A stretch of 64,000 bases of DNA, taken from assembly GCA_033442325.1 (NCBI GenBank), contig JAWQFM010000015.1:724205-788204 (forward strand). Direction: 5' to 3'. The notes beneath the pieces are model-generated. The model did no database searches. It saw only the letters and a list, made by a program, of their open reading frames with translations, and was not told where the DNA came from. Below are positions 16,229-33,532 of the stretch, piece by piece. Both the position numbers and the translations under genes were made by a program. This DNA is from Salpingoeca rosetta (taxonomy: Eukaryota > Protista > Choanoflagellata). The stretch's first letter is position 1; each line of letters starts with the position of its first letter.

Positions 16229-18453
16229 CAGACAGCGTGTCGGTGCACCTTGTGTCTGTTTGTTGTGAGCTTGGTGACGCGGTTCATGGCGCGGAACAGC
16301 TCGGCGAGCTCGCTGGCAAGCTGCTTCCGCACAAGGTCCTCGCGCGCCTTCAAGTACGTCTGCCCGTCCAAGCAGCAAGCGAGTGGTGAGGGGTGCGAGG
16401 CATGCAACAACACGCACAGACAGACAGACAGGCACAGACAGACAAATATAGACACAGACAGACAGGCAGACATACAGACACACAGACAGACACACAAAGA
16501 CAAAAACAAACAAACAGACACACAAAGACAAAGACAAACAAACAAACACACAGCATGTACATACACACATTATATGTCCACCACCCTTTGCCTCACCTTG
16601 TGGAGAGAGTCGAGGCAGCGCTCCTTGATGGCATCGAGATCAACGACAGACTCCTCCTCCTTCGACTCCTCAGCCTTGCCCTTGCCCTGCGTGGCCGTGG
16701 CCGTGGGCGCCTTGGCCTCTGCAAAGGTCACGCTCGGCAGCGCCGGTGGCGGCGTGTCTGCGCGCCCGCTGAGCAGCAGCATCTGGAACGCCGTTGGCAT
16801 GGGCTCGCCGGCCATGTCGCAGGGGAGGAAGTACAGCACGATGGGGCCCTCCACGTCCGCACCGAGCAGGCGCGGGTGGAGAACCGGCGGCAGCTTCCAC
16901 TGGTCGACAGAGGCGGCTGCGCCTGCCACGCCCCCTGTTGCTGGCGCTTCGCCCTTTGTCTCCGGTGTGAGGGCCGCCTGCACCTCGGCCTTGTCGACGA
17001 GGAAGACAACCTTTGGCGCGCTTCCGTGGAGAGAGCCCCAGTGGTCCAGCTCGTTCTGCACGTAGATATTGGTGCAGTGGTCGGCGGCGCGCCAGTTCTT
17101 GAAGAAGAGCACGAGGCCGGGGTGGCCCTCTCGCAGGGCCTCCACCTCCGCTGCCGTGTAGCCGTGCTTGACCAGGGCCTGCTCGACAACGCGCGACGTC
17201 GGCACGGCGGCCTGCTCCAGGTCAATGACCACGGGGATCATGGCGTGGTTTGCGTCGTAGTACTGCCACTGCCGGGACACAAGCATGTCCTCTGCGGTGG
17301 ACAGCAGGTCCGAGTCGCCGACGACGAGCAGAATGGCGCGGTCGCCAGTCATGAACGCGGTGTACTGCTCCGAGAGATGCGGCCCATCCTGGCCCTTGTG
17401 ATCCTTGGTCAGCACATCGGTGCCAGCCTTGCCACCGCTGCCGCCCTCACCACCACCACCACCAGCAGCAGCAGCAGCAGCAGCGCTGCTGCGCATGCGC
17501 TTGACGGCGACCTGGCCAATGGCGTCCACCTGCTGCTGCAGGCCGTTGTCGAGGAAGCGGCGCTGGGAGCGTGTCAGGCTGCTCTTCAGCACAAACGCGC
17601 GCAGGTCGAGGCGCTGCCGCTCCTCCTCATATGAGGCCGTGATGGTCGGGATGTCGTCGGCAGGGATGGTTGTCTCTTCCAGCGTGGCCACCTTCGTCTC
17701 CACGGTGGCCACGTGCTTGGCGATGAGGTCCTGGGCGGTGGTGTCTGCCGCCAGCCCAAGCAGATTGGCGACGACCGCTGGCAGCAGCTTGCAGTACTCG
17801 ACCGTGTCGGAGCACACGCTGGCCAGCACCTTGGTCAGGCTGCCTGGCAACGAGTCCATGAACCCGCCGGCGAGGACGACGGGGAGGGGATCGAGGGACA
17901 GCTCCTCTGCAGCGGCGGCATCGGCGTGCACGCCGCTGCCCTCGCGCGTGTACTCGGACTTGAAGCTCGGCGACGCGGCGAGGACGATGGCGTCGCACGA
18001 CTTGAGGTGCTCGCGGATGAAGTCGGGGTAGGCCTTGTCGGCGTCACGCCAGGCAAGCATGGCAGAGGACACGTGCAGGCCAGCGAGGCGCAGCGTGTCG
18101 GTGAAGGAGATGACATCCTCCATGAACGGCTCCTCCTCAGGAGAGCCCGGCCAGGCGTGCGACACAAACACGGTGCGTTCCTTCAGGCCCTGCTGTTGGG
18201 CGAGAGCACGCAGCGCGCCGACAGCGTTGTCCAGCTCGATCCTGCGACGATGAGAAACAAGGAAGTGGGGTGGAGTGGAAAGTGTGAGGACGAAAGGTGG
18301 AGCTTGTGGTTTCAGATCGGGTGAGAGTGGACAGAGAACAGTGAGGGAGCAGGGGATCTGTGATTGGAATGTGGTGCACACGCAAACAAATACAATATGC
18401 GCATCAAACGACACGCACACACGCACACACACACACACAGCACATACACACAC

Positions 18454-18521
<68 letters not shown>

Positions 18522-18972
18522 ACACTCACACACACATACACATGCATACATACACACAGAGCACACACAGAGCACACAACATGCACCTGAGCTGTTGTTT
18601 CTTGAAGAGGGCCTTGACTTGGTCGGCGCCGAGCTCTTCGGTGCCGGCATCGGCACGATCGAGGACGTCGCTGCGCCACGTGTCGGTCAGCAGGCCTGAG
18701 ACGCGCTGCAGGTCGGAGTCGTCGAGGGTGAAGTCGATCTGGGCCGCGCGCGGTGGCTCCTCAAAGGCAAAACCGGCCGTCTTGCTGCCGATCCAAGCCG
18801 GGGTGGCAGCAGATGCGCCTGCAGCCTTGGTGGCTTTGCCAGCCCTCCGGCTCTTCTGCTGCTTCTGCTGCTTCTGCTGCTTCTGCTGCTTCTGCTGCTG
18901 CTTCTGTTGCTGCTTCTCATCGCCAGCTCCACGCTTGCGGCGGCGCCGCAAGGACGAAGATCCACTTCCCAT
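8674..18972 (-). CDS. NLR-like protein, TIR-(degenerate NACHT)-TIR-NACHT-pentapeptide-WD40, ~2245 aa
   Basis: 14 exons join in frame: 18972-18587, 18241-16597, 16359-16249, 15979-15754, 15530-15217, 15069-15019, 14821-14760, 14499-13494, 13298-13179, 12839-12774, 12547-11572, 11080-10805, 10559-9322, 8934-8674. TIR starts are VFVSHAW and GFISYSW. NACHT motifs are Walker A GGTGSGKS, Walker B LLDGFDE, PFLL and [12 protein letters not shown]. Then come pentapeptides ([14 protein letters not shown]) and WD40 repeats ([13 protein letters not shown]). Confidence 0.9.
11105..11257. repeat. (GAG)n trinucleotide microsatellite in an intron of the NLR-like gene
   Basis: Three gag runs separated by atttgggg. 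Confidence 0.9.
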
Positions 18973-19267
18973 GGCTCAGACGTTTGCGGCGGTATGCGGG
19001 TGGAGATGTGAGAGATGTGAAGGTGAAATGAAGGCGAGAGGCGAGAGTGATAGGTTGGCTTGCCGTTCACTGATTAGGTGAGTGACATCGGAGGAGGAAA
19101 AAACAAAACAAAGGCCTCGTTGCCAAAGAAGAAGAAGCGAACGAAGACGAAGCAAGATCAAGCACAGACAGATTAGTGGGGGTTGGTTGGTGCAGCTTGG
19201 GTCTCAGCGTGCTTGGCATTCCCTTCCTCACAACTTTTGCGAGCAAGACAGAGGGAGACGAGCAGAG

Positions 19268-20113
19268 ATGAGCAAAGAAGCGGCTGTGACGGCCTTCCTG
19301 GCGTGCGAGCGCTTCATCGTGGTGGGCGCGAGTGCAAATCGCAGCAAGTTTGGCAACAAGGTGCTGCGCGCCTTGATCAACAAGTACGGCACAGAGAACG
19401 TCCTTCCAGGTGTGATGTGTGACATGTTGTTGGTTGGTTGGTTGGTTGGTTGGTTGCTTCCTTGGTTGTTTCTTTGTGATGTGCGTGTGTGTGTGTGTGT
19501 GTGTGTGTGACACAAGGTGTCCAACTTCCGTGGGCAAGCACGTCCTGCGCTTACTTGTGTTTGTCGTCCTTTGGGTTGATGCGTTTCATGTGTTTGGCAC
19601 ACTGGCACTCGCATCACCCGCCTCACACCACCGCACATCACCGCACTCACACCACCGCCCTCACACCTCGCCCTGTTTTTCATCCTTTGCACCGACTCCA
19701 GTGAACCCAAAGGAAGAGCAAGTTGAAGGCGTGCGTGCCTTTGCCAGCGTCGGAGATGCGGTGGCCACGTGCAACCCTTCCACCACTGGCGCATGCATCA
19801 TCACGCCACCCAAAGTGTCGGCAGAGGCCATCAAGGCGCTGGTGCGTGTAAAGGGCAGGGGAGGGGGAGGAGGGTGTGCGTATGGGCCTCGTGTGGTTGT
19901 ACATCATTGCACCTGTGGTGCTCCCTGTGTGTGTGTGTGTGTGTTTGCATTGGTTGTGCGTTCGCGCGTTGATGATTTCCCTGACTGCACCCGCTGTACC
20001 TGCTGCACTAATGCACCCGCTGCACCCGCTGCACCTGCTGGACCTGCCGCACTGATGCACTGATGCACTGATGCACTGATGAACCCCTTCCCCCATCCAC
20101 ACGTCCGCACTCA

Positions 20114-20171
<58 letters not shown>

Positions 20172-20373
20172 TGCGCACACATCACGCACACAAACGCGCA
20201 CGCACGCACACACGCACGCCCTCTAGGGTGCCGCTGGTGTGAAACACATCTGGCTCCAGCCTGGTGCAGAGGATGCGGCTGCCATTGCAGCCGGGGAGCA
20301 GTTTGAACTCGACGCGTTTCTCCACTCTGGGCCATGTGTGTTGGCCACCCTGGGCTTTTCAGACCATTTCTAA
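19268..20373 (+). CDS. Small CoA-binding domain protein (YccU / CoA_binding_2-like)
   Basis: Exons 19268-19409, 19702-19841 and 20227-20373 give FIVVGASANRSKFGNKVL...PVNPKEEQVEG...IITPP...KHIWLQPGAE...GPCVL. Confidence 0.9.
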
Positions 20374-20779
20374 CCCAGAGGGCGGGAGTGTGCGTGCGTG
20401 CATGTGCATGCGAGTGAGAGGGAGGGTGTATGTATGTGTTTGTGTTTTGTATGTGCGTGTGTGCGTGTGTTTGTGCGTTTGTGTGTCCCTCGGATTTCCA
20501 TCCTTCCTTCTTCGTTTCTTCCCACTTCGTTTGCTCTCCTTCTTTTGCCTTTGATGTCCTTTGGCTCATGTTACCTTGCCCACAGTTGTAAGCTACCTAC
20601 CAGTGTAATGAAGAACACAACCATCCTTCTTGCTTGCTGTCTGTCTTGATCACGGCACAACATAGCACGCAGCAGCAGCACACCCACACACACACACCCT
20701 GTCCCCCATCATCACACAACCGCCGAATCGTTGTGTAAGATTTCTTGTGCTTTTCCACAACCACAGCACCACCACCAAG

Positions 20780-21859
20780 ATGACAAGCACCACCAAGCGG
20801 CAGCCACACGCGGAGCTGGTTGAGACGACGCGCACGTTCGTCCTGGACTGTGACGGCGTGATCTGGCGCGGAAACCAGCTTATTGAAGGTTATGAGAGCA
20901 CGCAACGAATCTGCAATCCAGAACTCAACTCGCACACATACGCACACAAGTACGCTTGCTTTCATTCATCTACACAACAATCACGTCACATCACATTACC
21001 TCATTCTCACGTCTGCTCCCCCCCCCGCCCACGCACGCACGCACGCACGCGCAATCACAACACAGGCATTGCGGAGGTGCTTGATTACTTGCGAGCTGCA
21101 GGAAAACGGCTCGTGTTCTTGACAAACAACAGCACCAAGACAAGGCAGCAGCAAGTGGACAAGTTCCACCGCCTCGGGCTGACTTGGGTGCAGCGGGAGG
21201 ATGTGCTGACTTCTGCGTACGCGGCAGCGCTCTTGCTGAAGCGCAAGCTCAAGCTGCCAACGGACAAGAAGGTCTATGTCGTGGGGCACGAGGGCATCGT
21301 TGACGAGATGACACAGCTCGGATACACGTGCGTTGGCGCAGATGAGCACGCCTGTCGCACACCCGACCTCAAGCAAGGCCTCAGCGTGGACCCGGACATT
21401 GGCGCCGTTGTGTGCGGGTTCGACCTCCACTTCAACTACTGGAAGATGGTGTATGCGACGCAGTGCGTCCTCACGCTGCCCGGCTGCGAGTTTGTTGCCA
21501 CCAACTGCGATGCCCTCAGCCACGTCGTGTCGGATGCGGAGTGGCCTGGCGGCGGCACCATGGTTGCAGCGCTGCAGCATGCCCTTGGCAGAGCACCCAT
21601 CGTGGCGGGGAAGCCCAGCGAGTTTCTGGTCGAGCTGCTGGTGGAGACGTGCGGTGAGGGCGCGGGCCCCGAGCACATGTGCATGGTCGGCGATCGCCTC
21701 GATACGGACATTGCATTTGGGCACCAGGGCGGCATGCGTACGCTGCTTGTGTATACAGGCGTGACTGCAAAAGGCCGCCTCGAAACCGAGCTGCAACGGC
21801 TCAACGTCAAACCCCCACACCACACAGCAGACTCCCTCGCCAACCTCCTGCTTGCATAG
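20780..21859 (+). CDS. HAD-superfamily IIA phosphatase (phosphoglycolate/pyridoxal/4-nitrophenyl phosphatase-like)
   Basis: Motifs DCDGVIW, LTNNS, GKPS and MVGDRLDTDI; intron 20889-21065. Confidence 0.92.
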   Translation: MTSTTKRQPHAELVETTRTFVLDCDGVIWRGNQLIEGYESTQRICNPELNSHTYAHKYACFHSSTQQSRHITLPHSHVCSPPRPRTHARTRNHNTGIAEVLDYLRAAGKRLVFLTNNSTKTRQQQVDKFHRLGLTWVQREDVLTSAYAAALLLKRKLKLPTDKKVYVVGHEGIVDEMTQLGYTCVGADEHACRTPDLKQGLSVDPDIGAVVCGFDLHFNYWKMVYATQCVLTLPGCEFVATNCDALSHVVSDAEWPGGGTMVAALQHALGRAPIVAGKPSEFLVELLVETCGEGAGPEHMCMVGDRLDTDIAFGHQGGMRTLLVYTGVTAKGRLETELQRLNVKPPHHTADSLANLLLA

Positions 21860-22121
21860 TGGTGGTGAGTGTAGTTGCGTTGGTGGTGGTGGCTTTAACG
21901 GCTCTGTTGGCCTTCATTCAAGTGCCCTTGCTAAATCTTGGGACCCAAAGCGCGTTTCCACAGCAGCCATGGGCGTGTTACACTACCTCAGTTGTGTTTT
22001 GACTTTGTTGGTTGTGATGTGAGGTGCATCACATCACTTCAACCCACGTCCACACGCTTCCACGCGCTTCCACAGCCTTGCAAGTCCACCCACCCACCAC
22101 TTCTTTCGCTTTCTCCCTGTC

Positions 22122-22211
<90 letters not shown>

Positions 22212-22970
22212 TACAGATACGCACACGCACAGATACAGCACCCCATCCCCTCCCCCTCTCCAACACTCAAACTCTGTTCGGCCATCCCACCTCCCCCACT
22301 ACTGGCTTGCGTACTGGTTTGCCCTGCTTCATTCATGCGCGTTTCTGACATTGACACGCTGCGTTTGCGCCAGTCCCTGCCCCTGTTTCCCTGTTCCCGT
22401 GTTCCTCCCTTAGCTTCTTCTCTCTCTTTCGGGCTGTTGCAGTCAGGCACCATGTTGCCATCGCGCAACCAAGTGAAGTAAACGACAACTCACCCAGACA
22501 CCCCTCACCCGCCGCCACCAGTTGTGGCGAGATGATCGCATCATGCTCTCGGGCTGAGCCTAACAACAGCTGCGGCACGACCTACATGCGGCTGAAGGAC
22601 TGCGTGATGGGATGGGATGCGACATGTGTGACCCGGACACATGATGAGATAGCGACACAACAACAAAGAAAGCAAGCCGACAACACAAAAACAGCACATT
22701 CACACACGAACGGCACGCACACAACCTGCGCGATGAGAGCAATCTGGCCGTTCTGCACGCTTGTTCATGAGGCAATACAGATCATGCAGATGACGTCACC
22801 GGGCGTTCATGATGTCATTTCAAGTACGCCGTTGCGCAAGCTGCACGCTGCGTCTGGCCATTTGAACGTGCCCAACTTGCCCTCCAACTGAGATATGTTG
22901 ATCATGAATCTGCATGATTGTCAACCACGACGGCCTCATTTCCCATTCTTCGCGATCGCGAACACCCAAT

Positions 22971-23513
22971 ATGGCGGCCCTGCTGGATCACGACGCGTCG
23001 AGAACACTCTCTGGGAGTGTTCTTCCTCCCCGTCATCACCTGCCATCATTTCGCGCACAAGCCACAGCAGCCCAACAACAACCGCCGAGGCCCAAACCGC
23101 AGCACCAGCGTCGCCAACAGCAGCACCTCCAACAACCCCAACAGCAGTTCCATTACCGCCACCAACACCACCAGCAGCAGCATCAGCAGCAGCCAATGCA
23201 AGCCAACACGAACGACAACTTGACTGCGGTTTCATCCATTCAACCCGCACCCCAAGTTCTTCAACGCTATCAGAACTTGCTCACCCTTCTACGCCTGCAA
23301 CAGCAACTTCTGCACGCGCCAAGTCACTCCCAGACTACCACCACAAACGCCGTCACTCCGCAAGCGCGAGCCGCCCTACTTACCGCCATCATGCACGGTG
23401 CCCTTCAAAACCCTGACGATATGCACGGCCTCGCCTGGCTCATGTAAGGCAACCGTGTGTGTGTGTGTGTGTGTGCGTGCGTGCGTGCGTGTGTGCGTGC
23501 GTGTGTGCGTGCG

Positions 23514-23544
<31 letters not shown>

Positions 23545-23910
23545 CGCGGCGCTAACTGTGTCCTGTCCCGCAGGATGGCATTGGTGTTATCTATGTGAAT
23601 GGTAAATGGATCTCTTTGGACTTGGGCAGCAATTCTTAGCCCGAGCTCACCCCCTTTAACGACCTGCTTTAAATAGAATACCGGGCGCGGGAGTCCGGAC
23701 CCCCACTACTCTATCGATTGCCGTAACGGCTAGACGGCTTAAGATAGTTCGCGAAGACCTTATCCAATCTGCTCCGCTCAATCGAGCATGTGGGATTAGA
23801 TCGGGTATTCTTCCGCTTCGCCCTTCTGCCTAGCGAAGTTTTTAACCTATCCAGATTTGACCATGGAGATGAGCACGTGCGTGTGTGTGCGTGTGTGCGT
23901 GCGCGCGCGC

Positions 23911-23960
<50 letters not shown>

Positions 23961-25367
23961 ATCATGCGCACATGCTTGTGTACTTCTCTGTTCCTGAATG
24001 GTACCCCTCTTGTGTCGTTTCCCTTTTCACCTTCCACGCCTGCGCCCTCACGGCACCCATCACATGCACGCTTCGCCTCGGCTCCCCATCCATCGTTCGC
24101 TCTCACTCACTCACCGCCACCCTGTCATGTCGTTTCCACTTCTTTCTTCAGGAACAGCAATACACACGACCAGATGCACGCGCCTTTGTTTCAGCAGCCG
24201 TATCAGCCCCCGGCGCACGCGTTCCACACAACGCACCACCAGACACACATGTCGTCCTCAGGGCCGTTCAGCAACAACAGCCTGGACGATGGTGCGGTCG
24301 CAAACACCCTCCTACACAACCTTCTCGGCTCGCAAACGGCGCCAGACCGTGACGTCGCCGCCGCTACTGCATCATCCTTTGTGTCCCCGCTCTTTGGCAA
24401 CCCGGAGACCAAGGCCCAGCAACCAAGCGCAATGTCCTTTGATGGGCTTCTTTCCGTGCAACAACAACTGCGCCAGCCAAAACTGAGGCACCAGCAGCAG
24501 TCGTCCCCATCATCCCCCGACGACGGTCTGGCACTCGGCCCTCAAGCGCAGCAGCAGCACCATCAGCACCACCAGCACCAGCACCAACTACAGCATCAGT
24601 ACCAACAACCACACCAACAGCTACAACAACACAACCCTTTCTTTCCGTCAGAGCTGTCCAATGCTCAGGGCAACACCGTGGCACCACCGCAACATACACT
24701 CCCGTCGACAACACCTGCCAACGACAGCAGCAACCTTCTGCTCATGGGACTGACAGACCTGTCATCAAACAGCGCCACGAACAACGCATTTGACAACGAG
24801 GCCAGAGCAATGGCGCCGCCGCCGGCTGCGTCAGTCGGTGCCATGGCCGAGGACGTGCGGGACCCTTCCTATGCATCATCGAGTGTCACAGGCTCGTCTG
24901 AGATGGCAGAGGAAGACATGTTCAACCTGCCCGACCTGGGTGCGGATGATCTGCTGATGGAGGACAACGGTGTGTTTGACATCAGCATTCTCAACCAGTT
25001 GGAGCAGCCCCTCGACTTCTCCACACTCTCCCGCCAGCTGTTGGAAGGCAGCGTGCTCACGGGCGACGCTGATGCCGACACGGAGCCATCCATGTCATCG
25101 TCACCATCGTCGTCATCGAGGAAGAAGAAGGGCAGGAAGGACGGGCAGCCGAAGAAACGGCGTCGTCGCCGTCGACTCACGGAGACGAAGAAGCGGCAGC
25201 TGCGCAACGAACAGCTGCGCCGGCTCAACATTCGCAACGCCCAGCTCAAGCTCGCCCTGAAGAACCTTCGCAAGGAGGTGGTGCAGTTTGAGGACCAGGT
25301 CTACACCGTCTTCTCCAAGTTTGGCCGCCTGCCGGGGCAGACCCCCGTCCCCGTGGCAGAGGCGTAG
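22971..25367 (+). CDS. Q/H-rich transcription factor with C-terminal basic region plus leucine zipper (bZIP-like)
   Basis: Q-rich exon 22971-23443 (AT|gtaagg) joins 24152-25367 (ttcag|G) in frame if 23574-23876 is skipped. The C-terminus KKRRRRRRLTETKKRQLRNEQLRRLNIRNAQLKLALKNLRKEVVQF carries heptad leucines. Confidence 0.6.
23574..23876 (+). ncRNA. Candidate structured RNA / non-coding cassette exon, 303 nt
   Basis: Bounded by a branch point and acceptor (gctaac..ccgcag|) and a donor (|gtgcgt). The gene's frame has 5 stops and the GAT-start frame has 4. It is TpA-rich, unlike the flanks, and several nested complementary helices were found by eye. Confidence 0.45.
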
Positions 25368-25390
25368 CCCTTATTGTCTACGTGTGGCTG

Positions 25391-25478
<88 letters not shown>

Positions 25479-26012
25479 TGCGTTGAATCGTGTGTCGACA
25501 TACGTGTGTTACAATCATGTGTGAAACGGGGTGAGTGGACTGTGCTTCGGTGTCCACCACCCATGGCTTACAACCCTTTGCCTCGTCATTGTTGTTGATA
25601 TGCAAAGCACGCTGCGGTGCAAACGCGTACACGCGTGTTCATGTGTACTCGTGTGTTGACATGTGCGTATGCGCGTGCGCATGTGCATTCTCGGAGCTTT
25701 CAGATTCTGCTTTTGCTTTGATTATTGCTGCTGACTTCCGCAATACTCCCCCTGCTGACCACCCCCTGCTGACACCTTGATAACTGTGGACTGCGTGTCA
25801 CGCTTTACTGATGTAACAACAAGTAAATCATCGCCATGCCATGATTGGATCGTGTCATTAACGCGGGCAACAAGAGGTGGATAGGGGGCTGGAACAGAGG
25901 GGCTGGACTGTGGGAGTAATCAGAACAGGGCAGGCGTTCGACGCATCAAATGGACATACACAGCGATGAGACAACAAAACTGTTTGTGTTGTTGGTGAGG
26001 CGGTGCGTTTGC

Positions 26013-30743
<4,731 letters not shown>

Positions 30744-30908
30744 GGCCCTGTTGATGATGTTGCTGCTTTGTAATTGCTGTTGCCTTGCAAGTGAGCCACA
30801 CCTGTGTCATGCACAACAGCCACCAACAGTCACATCACATCACATCAGCTTGTATGAAGGGGTAAGAGCGAGACACACACGCACACGGTGGCAGCTTGAC
30901 CACGGTTT

Positions 30909-30955
<47 letters not shown>

Positions 30956-30962
30956 ACACACA

Positions 30963-31009
<47 letters not shown>

Positions 31010-31070
31010 ACACACACACACACACAGACACACACACACACACAGAGACACACAGACACACACGCACACA

Positions 31071-31110
<40 letters not shown>

Positions 31111-31563
31111 GGCAGCTGAACCATCGCCCGGCCGCCAACGCTGACTGTGTGACCATGTAAGTGTGTGAAGCAGCCACGCACCTCGCTCCAAGAACGTGTG
31201 AGCTGTCGACCACTTCGACACGGACACAGCGGTTTTTGCCCTGCTGATGGGTGTTGTTGTTTGTTTGGCGCAAAAATCATCATCAAAACAGAGCGGAATG
31301 GCTGGAGACAAACACGGGGATGTGTGCGGGCCCCAGCTGATGTGACAGTGATGACATCGCACCTGCCGGCGGCGAAGGTGTGTTGCTTGCTCAGGCACGG
31401 TTGCTGCCGGTGTGTGAGCGCGTGTACACGTGTGTGTGTGTGTGTGGATGCGCGTAGGCAGGGTTGTGAGTGCTTTTCGTTCCTTTGTTGATGCGCTTTG
31501 GTGTCTCTTCTCTGTTGCCTGAGCGCTTATCATGGAGTCAATGGCATTGCTGGTGTAGTGCAG

Positions 31564-33532
31564 GCATGCGGTCTGAGATCCATCGCATGAACCTGAAGCT
31601 GCAGTCGTTATTGCGGGAGAAGGAGGAGCCGATTACGGAGATGGAGCGGTGCGTCGACCGCCGCGGAAACATCGGTGCAAAGGCCCGCCTGCAGGCAAAG
31701 AAGGGCACAAACCACACACAGAGCATCCGCAAGGAGGTAACCTATGTGTGTGTGTGTGTGTGTGTGCGTCCGTGCGTGCGTGTGCGTGCGTGTGCGTGTA
31801 TGTGTGTGTGTATGTGAGGCCGTGTGTATGTGTGCATGTTCTGTGAGTGGGCTAGTGGCCGGGCGTACATGTGCTTTCATGCAAAGATGTGTGCGTGCGT
31901 GTGTATATGTGCGTGTGCGTGAATGTGTGTGCTTGCATGTACTGATGCGCCACAGCGCTGTGCTCGCCACCACTATATCGCCTTTCATCTCCATGTGCAC
32001 ACATACACACACTCAACACTCACACCCATCACACGAACATGCTCCTTCACTCACTGACACACATACACACACACAACTCCCTACCTCCGCTCAACTTCCA
32101 CCGCCACTGCCACCGGGCGCAACAGGTGATGGATCTGAAGAAGCGGGTGAAGACAGCGCTGTCGGACATTCGTCTGTGCGAAGAAGAGATTGACCTCAAG
32201 CAGCAGCGGCAGGACGAGGTGCGACCACACAAATGCCGTTTTCCTTGGCGTTGGCATACACACAAACACACACACATGCGCACGCACATACACACACACA
32301 CAGACATGCACACACATACGCACACATGCGCACACCAACCAAGGCGACTCCTTTCTCCTGCACGTGTCCCGACTCCACCGCAACCATCACCACCATCACC
32401 ACCATCACCAAAATCACCACCACCGGTCTCACCAACATCACCCACCACCACCATAGGTGCACCACGCGCTGCGGGAGCGGCAGGAGCGGTTCCGAGCGCT
32501 GCGCCAACACCTTGACGAGCTGGCGTCCATGAAGCGGCAGAAGATGCGGCAGCGTATGCACAACCTGGAGGACGTTGTTGATGCGCAGGCCGCGCTCAAG
32601 CACTACCAGGCCGTCACCAAGGGCAGCCTCAAGCTCCGCTTCAAGGTACACACACATGCGCGCATGCACGTGTGCCCCGAGCTGGCGTGGCGTCGCAGCT
32701 GCCGCACATGCGCACGAGCATGTCCCTGTTTCCTCATATGCTTGTGCATACGGTGCTTGTATGTATGTGTGACTGTGTGTGACTGTGTGTGTGCATGTCG
32801 GTGCCTGCCTTGCCCATCTTGGCCGTGCATGTGTGATGATGCTGCGTCGTGTTTGTCGTGTGACCTGTGTTGTCTGCACTTTGCTGATGCTGACGTGTGT
32901 TGATTGCGGTGCAGGATGTGTCGAGCTACGAGCGCAGCATCGACAAGCAGATGACAACGCTGCAGCACCTCGGTGCCATCATCGGTGAGGGCACGGAGAA
33001 CGAGGGCTTGTGACTGCCGTGTGTGTCATGGCGTCCATCCGGACACACGCACACACTCACACATGGACACCAAATGTACACACACACACACATATGTATC
33101 AATTGCAACGGGTGTTTTGTGCTTGATGCATGATTGTGGGTGCGTTTTGAACCTACCGCTCACACACACACACACAACCATACACGCACGCACATACACA
33201 CACACACACACACAAACACAAACACAACCACACGCACGCACGCACACACACACACACAACCATACACGCACGCACACACACACACACACAACCACCTGCA
33301 CCATCCACCATCATGCACGCCAGACTACTTGGTGCGGGAGTACCCTGATCTCGAAGAGTCGTTTGCATCTGTGCGGGACACGCTGGGGTTCAAGCTGAGC
33401 AAGTTCCGGCGGGCAACAGCGGATATGAGGGGCGCTGACGGTGGGGATGACGACATTGAGGAGGATGCCACTTCCATGGCCGACACGACCATCACCGCCA
33501 CCAGCGCTGGCAGCAGGCGATTGCACCGTTGA
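31564..33532 (+). pseudogene. CCDC40: 3'-terminal fragment of a CCDC40-like axonemal coiled-coil gene (5 exons, no upstream part)
   Basis: MRSEIHRMNLKLQSLLREKEEPITEMERCVDRR...NLEDVVDAQAALKHYQAVTKG...DYLVREYPDLEESF resembles, from memory, the CCDC40 C-terminus. It begins at a splice acceptor, with a divergent gene <1 kb upstream. Confidence 0.65.

Noticed and set aside
23725-23755. Resemblance to group I intron R/S elements (ctagacgg..cttaagatagt)
   Set aside because: Spacing is too short and I could not build the P3/P7 core; left to an Rfam scan.
23574-23876. Reading the cassette as protein with TAA/TAG recoded (faint IRF-like look)
   Set aside because: That frame is out of phase with both neighbouring exons, and other genes here use TAA/TAG as normal stops.
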